Source of the DNA: a virus
Lineage: Duplodnaviria > Heunggongvirae > Uroviricota > Caudoviricetes
Strand: one strand, 5' to 3'
DNA length: 48,572 bases
Virus record (IMG/VR): IMGVR_UViG_3300028887_000066
Coordinates: 307,550 to 356,121 of that record
Part shown: positions 46,066-48,572 of the stretch, in pieces
Numbering within the stretch: position 1 is the first letter of the stretch
Layout of the letters: each line of letters opens with the position of its first letter
Program-made: the position numbers and the translations under genes
Notes under the pieces: generated by a model
What the model saw: only the letters and a program-made list of their open reading frames with translations
What the model was told of the DNA's origin: nothing
Databases searched by the model: none

Positions 46066-46341
46066 TTAAGTTAATTTCCTTGTTCTTCTAACTTTTTTAT
46101 TCTCATCGGTTAATTGCTCATCATTTTCTGCTACATTCTCGACTATAGGGAGTGAAAACGAATAGTAAATAACCTTTTTTACTTTGGCTTTTCCTGTTTG
46201 GTTTCCAAATAAGGGTTTGTCACCATACTTTTCGACCATAAGTCCCTTTTTAAGGATATTGTTTACAAATTCCGTAGCTTTTATCCCGTTTAACTTGCAG
46301 TATTCCTTAATATCGGCCTCAAGCTTTACATCTATTTTCAT
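46066..46341 (-). CDS. Small hypothetical protein (possibly RHH-like)
   Basis: IKEYCKLNGIKATEFVNNILKKG. Confidence 0.6.
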   Translation of the reverse strand: MKIDVKLEADIKEYCKLNGIKATEFVNNILKKGLMVEKYGDKPLFGNQTGKAKVKKVIYYSFSLPIVENVAENDEQLTDENKKVRRTRKLT

Positions 46342-46428
46342 ATTTTACTACTTCTACTTTCAAATATACAAAAATAACTTGACTTAATCTTTTTTTCTTT
46401 TACTTTTATTAAAAATCGCTATTGTAAC

Positions 46429-47250
46429 ATGGCTAAAAAGAAAAAAGAAGAAATCAAAGAAGAAAAAATATACCCAAGTTTGGTTCTTGGACTCGATATA
46501 AGTACGTCCTGTATCGGAATATCACTTGTATATGACGACGGTGTAAACAAACCAGTCGTTACAGACATAACACATATCGTGCCTAAAATATCAAGTAAGA
46601 AGAAAGGCATTGAAGCTCTAATTCTTCGAAAAGAGATTTTCGAAAGTGCATTCCTTACAAAAATCAAGGATAGGGGTGTAACAGAGTGCGTAATTGAATC
46701 GCCGCTTGTCACCGCAACGGGAAATTCAAATGCCCAAACAGTATCTCAGCTATTACAGTTTAATGGTCTATTATCTGAAGCGGTATATAGGGTATTAGGT
46801 ATTATCCCCCACTATGTGTCATCATATGATGCCCGTATGCAGTCATTTCCGCAATTGCTTTCAATCAGGAAATTCAATAAAAAGGGTGTCGTATATCCGT
46901 TGAAACACATTGAAAAGGCATTAAAAGACAATCACCTCATCCTGTTTGGCGCATATCCGTTTGACTGTGATAAAAAAAGCATAATGATGGATATGGTAAA
47001 CGAAGAATATCCTGACATCGAATGGGTTATAGATGCAAAAGGGAATATCAGAAAAGAAAACTATGATGCTTGTGATTCATTGGTGTGTGCATTAGCATAT
47101 ATCAATACGAAACGGTACGGGGAATTAAACGGCATTGTTTCTGACTATAAAATAGAAACATTGGACAATGGTGATACCGAAATAAAGTATCAAACTAAGA
47201 TATGGGATAGAACATATAATAAAAAAATGACGTTGCCGAAATCTGAATAA
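46429..47250 (+). CDS. RuvC-like (RNase H fold) Holliday junction resolvase
   Basis: VLGLDISTSCIG, CVIESP, YDACDSLVCA acidic catalytic set. Confidence 0.8.
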   Translation: MAKKKKEEIKEEKIYPSLVLGLDISTSCIGISLVYDDGVNKPVVTDITHIVPKISSKKKGIEALILRKEIFESAFLTKIKDRGVTECVIESPLVTATGNSNAQTVSQLLQFNGLLSEAVYRVLGIIPHYVSSYDARMQSFPQLLSIRKFNKKGVVYPLKHIEKALKDNHLILFGAYPFDCDKKSIMMDMVNEEYPDIEWVIDAKGNIRKENYDACDSLVCALAYINTKRYGELNGIVSDYKIETLDNGDTEIKYQTKIWDRTYNKKMTLPKSE

Positions 47251-47272
47251 TTGTTTTATGTTGTGTTTCTGG

Positions 47273-47312
47273 TGTGGTTTTACGAATTATATCTGTAGAA
47301 CCACATTTTTTT
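47273..47312 (+). terminator. Intrinsic terminator
   Basis: TGTGGTTTTAC-N11-GTAGAACCACA followed by a T-run. Confidence 0.7.
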
Positions 47313-47338
47313 TGTATCTTTAGTTAAAACTTATAAAG

Positions 47339-48349
47339 ATGTTTGAGAAAATTTACCACATATTAGTACAGTTTCTTGGAGAGTCAAAACAAGGTGGGTA
47401 TGACAAGAGCAAGCAGCAATTCCAATTTTGCTGCCCCCATTGCCGTGAAGAAAACGGCGGTATTCCTGACGGTAAGTATAATTTGGAGGTACAATTATCA
47501 TCCTCAGGATTGGTCTATAAATGTTGGAAATGCTGTGATACCGACGGTACTTATGGAAAATTGTCAAAGCTATTAAAAAAATACGGAGGTGCAAGATTAT
47601 ATAAGGAATATAAGGAAGAATTAGATAACCTTGTCAAATCTCGCTTATATGACATAAACGCATTTAGTGGGCAAACATTAAATGACGAAGAAACATTTGT
47701 CCGTCTTCCTGAGACTTATCAAAAAATTACAGATATTACAAAATGCACCGACAAACGTATAGAAGCCTATTTAAGAAGTCGAAAAATTGATCAAAGTATT
47801 ATCGATTTGTACAAAATAGGATATACCACATGGGATGAACCTGACTATTACATGAGAAACAGGATAGTAGTACCATCATATGATGAATTCGGAGATTTAA
47901 ACTATTGGTCTGCAAGGGATTTCACGGGCAAGGCAAAAGCAAAGTATAAAAATTGCTCCGATGAGAAAAAAGAGATAATTTTCCAAGAAAGTCTTATTGA
48001 TTGGGATTCCGATGTAATATTATGTGAAGGCACATTCGATTCCATATATTTCCCAAACTGTATATCATTGTTGGGTAAAACACTTACTAATGATTGTAAA
48101 TTGTATCATACGTTGAAAGAAAAAGCAAAAGGTAAGGTAATCATCTGTCTTGATGCCGATACAGATATTTCAGAAACTAAAAAAATATATAATCTATTAA
48201 ATAGCGGAAGACTAAAAAACAAAATATACTACATCAGGTTAGACTATTATAAGGATTTTGGTGAAATATATGAGCATTTCGGAAAAATGGGAATGATTAA
48301 AGCCATTTCAAAAATGAGACAATTTGATGAGATTGATTTGATTATCTGA
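47339..48349 (+). CDS. DnaG-type phage primase (Zn finger plus Toprim)
   Basis: CPHC...CWKC, YLRSRKI, RIVVPSYD, LCEGTFD, CLDAD. Confidence 0.88.
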   Translation: MFEKIYHILVQFLGESKQGGYDKSKQQFQFCCPHCREENGGIPDGKYNLEVQLSSSGLVYKCWKCCDTDGTYGKLSKLLKKYGGARLYKEYKEELDNLVKSRLYDINAFSGQTLNDEETFVRLPETYQKITDITKCTDKRIEAYLRSRKIDQSIIDLYKIGYTTWDEPDYYMRNRIVVPSYDEFGDLNYWSARDFTGKAKAKYKNCSDEKKEIIFQESLIDWDSDVILCEGTFDSIYFPNCISLLGKTLTNDCKLYHTLKEKAKGKVIICLDADTDISETKKIYNLLNSGRLKNKIYYIRLDYYKDFGEIYEHFGKMGMIKAISKMRQFDEIDLII

Positions 48350-48350
48350 G

Positions 48351-48572
48351 TTCAGGTCTGACGGTTCAGGGTATATATGCAACGGTGCTATAGAATGGGA
48401 TATTAACGGAAACATGACCATAAAGGGCAACGTAAACATTGAGGGTGACGGGGATGAGATAGATGACCTTATTGCGGCACTTAATGTAAAGGACATCAGC
48501 ATAGGTAGCGGCACGACAAGATTCTTTAAGAACGGTTCAGGATGGCTTGCTAACAAGGCTATACAGTGGGAC
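48351..48572 (+). pseudogene. Start-less tail-fibre-like reading frame open to the window edge
   Basis: FRSDGSGYICNGAIEWD...FFKNGSGWLANKAIQWD; in-frame TGA at 48339; the only ATG (48414) lies after the first repeat copy. Confidence 0.55.

Noticed and set aside
22-48556. The many 60-155 aa ORFs antisense to assigned genes (e.g. 22-255, 3300-3767, 8886-9260, 20720-21178, 48308-48556)
   Set aside because: They are fully overlapped by motif-bearing genes on the opposite strand and have no recognisable motifs.
1-48572. Stop-codon reassignment (TAG to Gln, as in Lak and some crAss-like phages)
   Set aside because: Long ORFs are intact in the standard code, and TAG ends genes right before the next start or a terminator (e.g. 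17520, 32587, 41960, 41975).

Overview
AT-rich segment of a large (jumbo-type) tailed bacteriophage read in the standard genetic code. The host is most likely Bacteroidota: several promoters match the Bacteroidetes TTTG-N20-TAnnTTTG consensus, most genes lack Shine-Dalgarno sites, and one gene has a Bacteroidetes-type lipobox. From left to right the window holds: a deamidating NAD-salvage cluster (pncA, nadE, and pncB truncated at the left edge); small hypotheticals; three DNA methyltransferases, one coupled to a restriction-endonuclease-like gene; an AAA+ ATPase; a degenerate HD protein, a DUF4422 glycosyltransferase, dUTPase and a CX5R phosphatase; a cassette of small mosaic genes; an HD-Pnk plus RNA ligase repair pair; clpP, dnaJ and ssb; a DUF3310/nucleotidase/exonuclease/DUF4326/SLOG cluster; two sigma-70-family factors; a macrodomain protein; lysis-like, head-associated and tail-fibre genes; a free-standing repeat-rich endonuclease inserted with a duplicated gene end; SbcC/gp46, a RuvC-like resolvase and a primase; and finally a start-less tail-fibre-like frame. 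The best candidate for an undescribed system is the PncA-PncB-NadE cluster driven by host-type promoters, a possible third phage NAD+ reconstitution route. All product calls come from recognising motifs by eye; no database searches were run.
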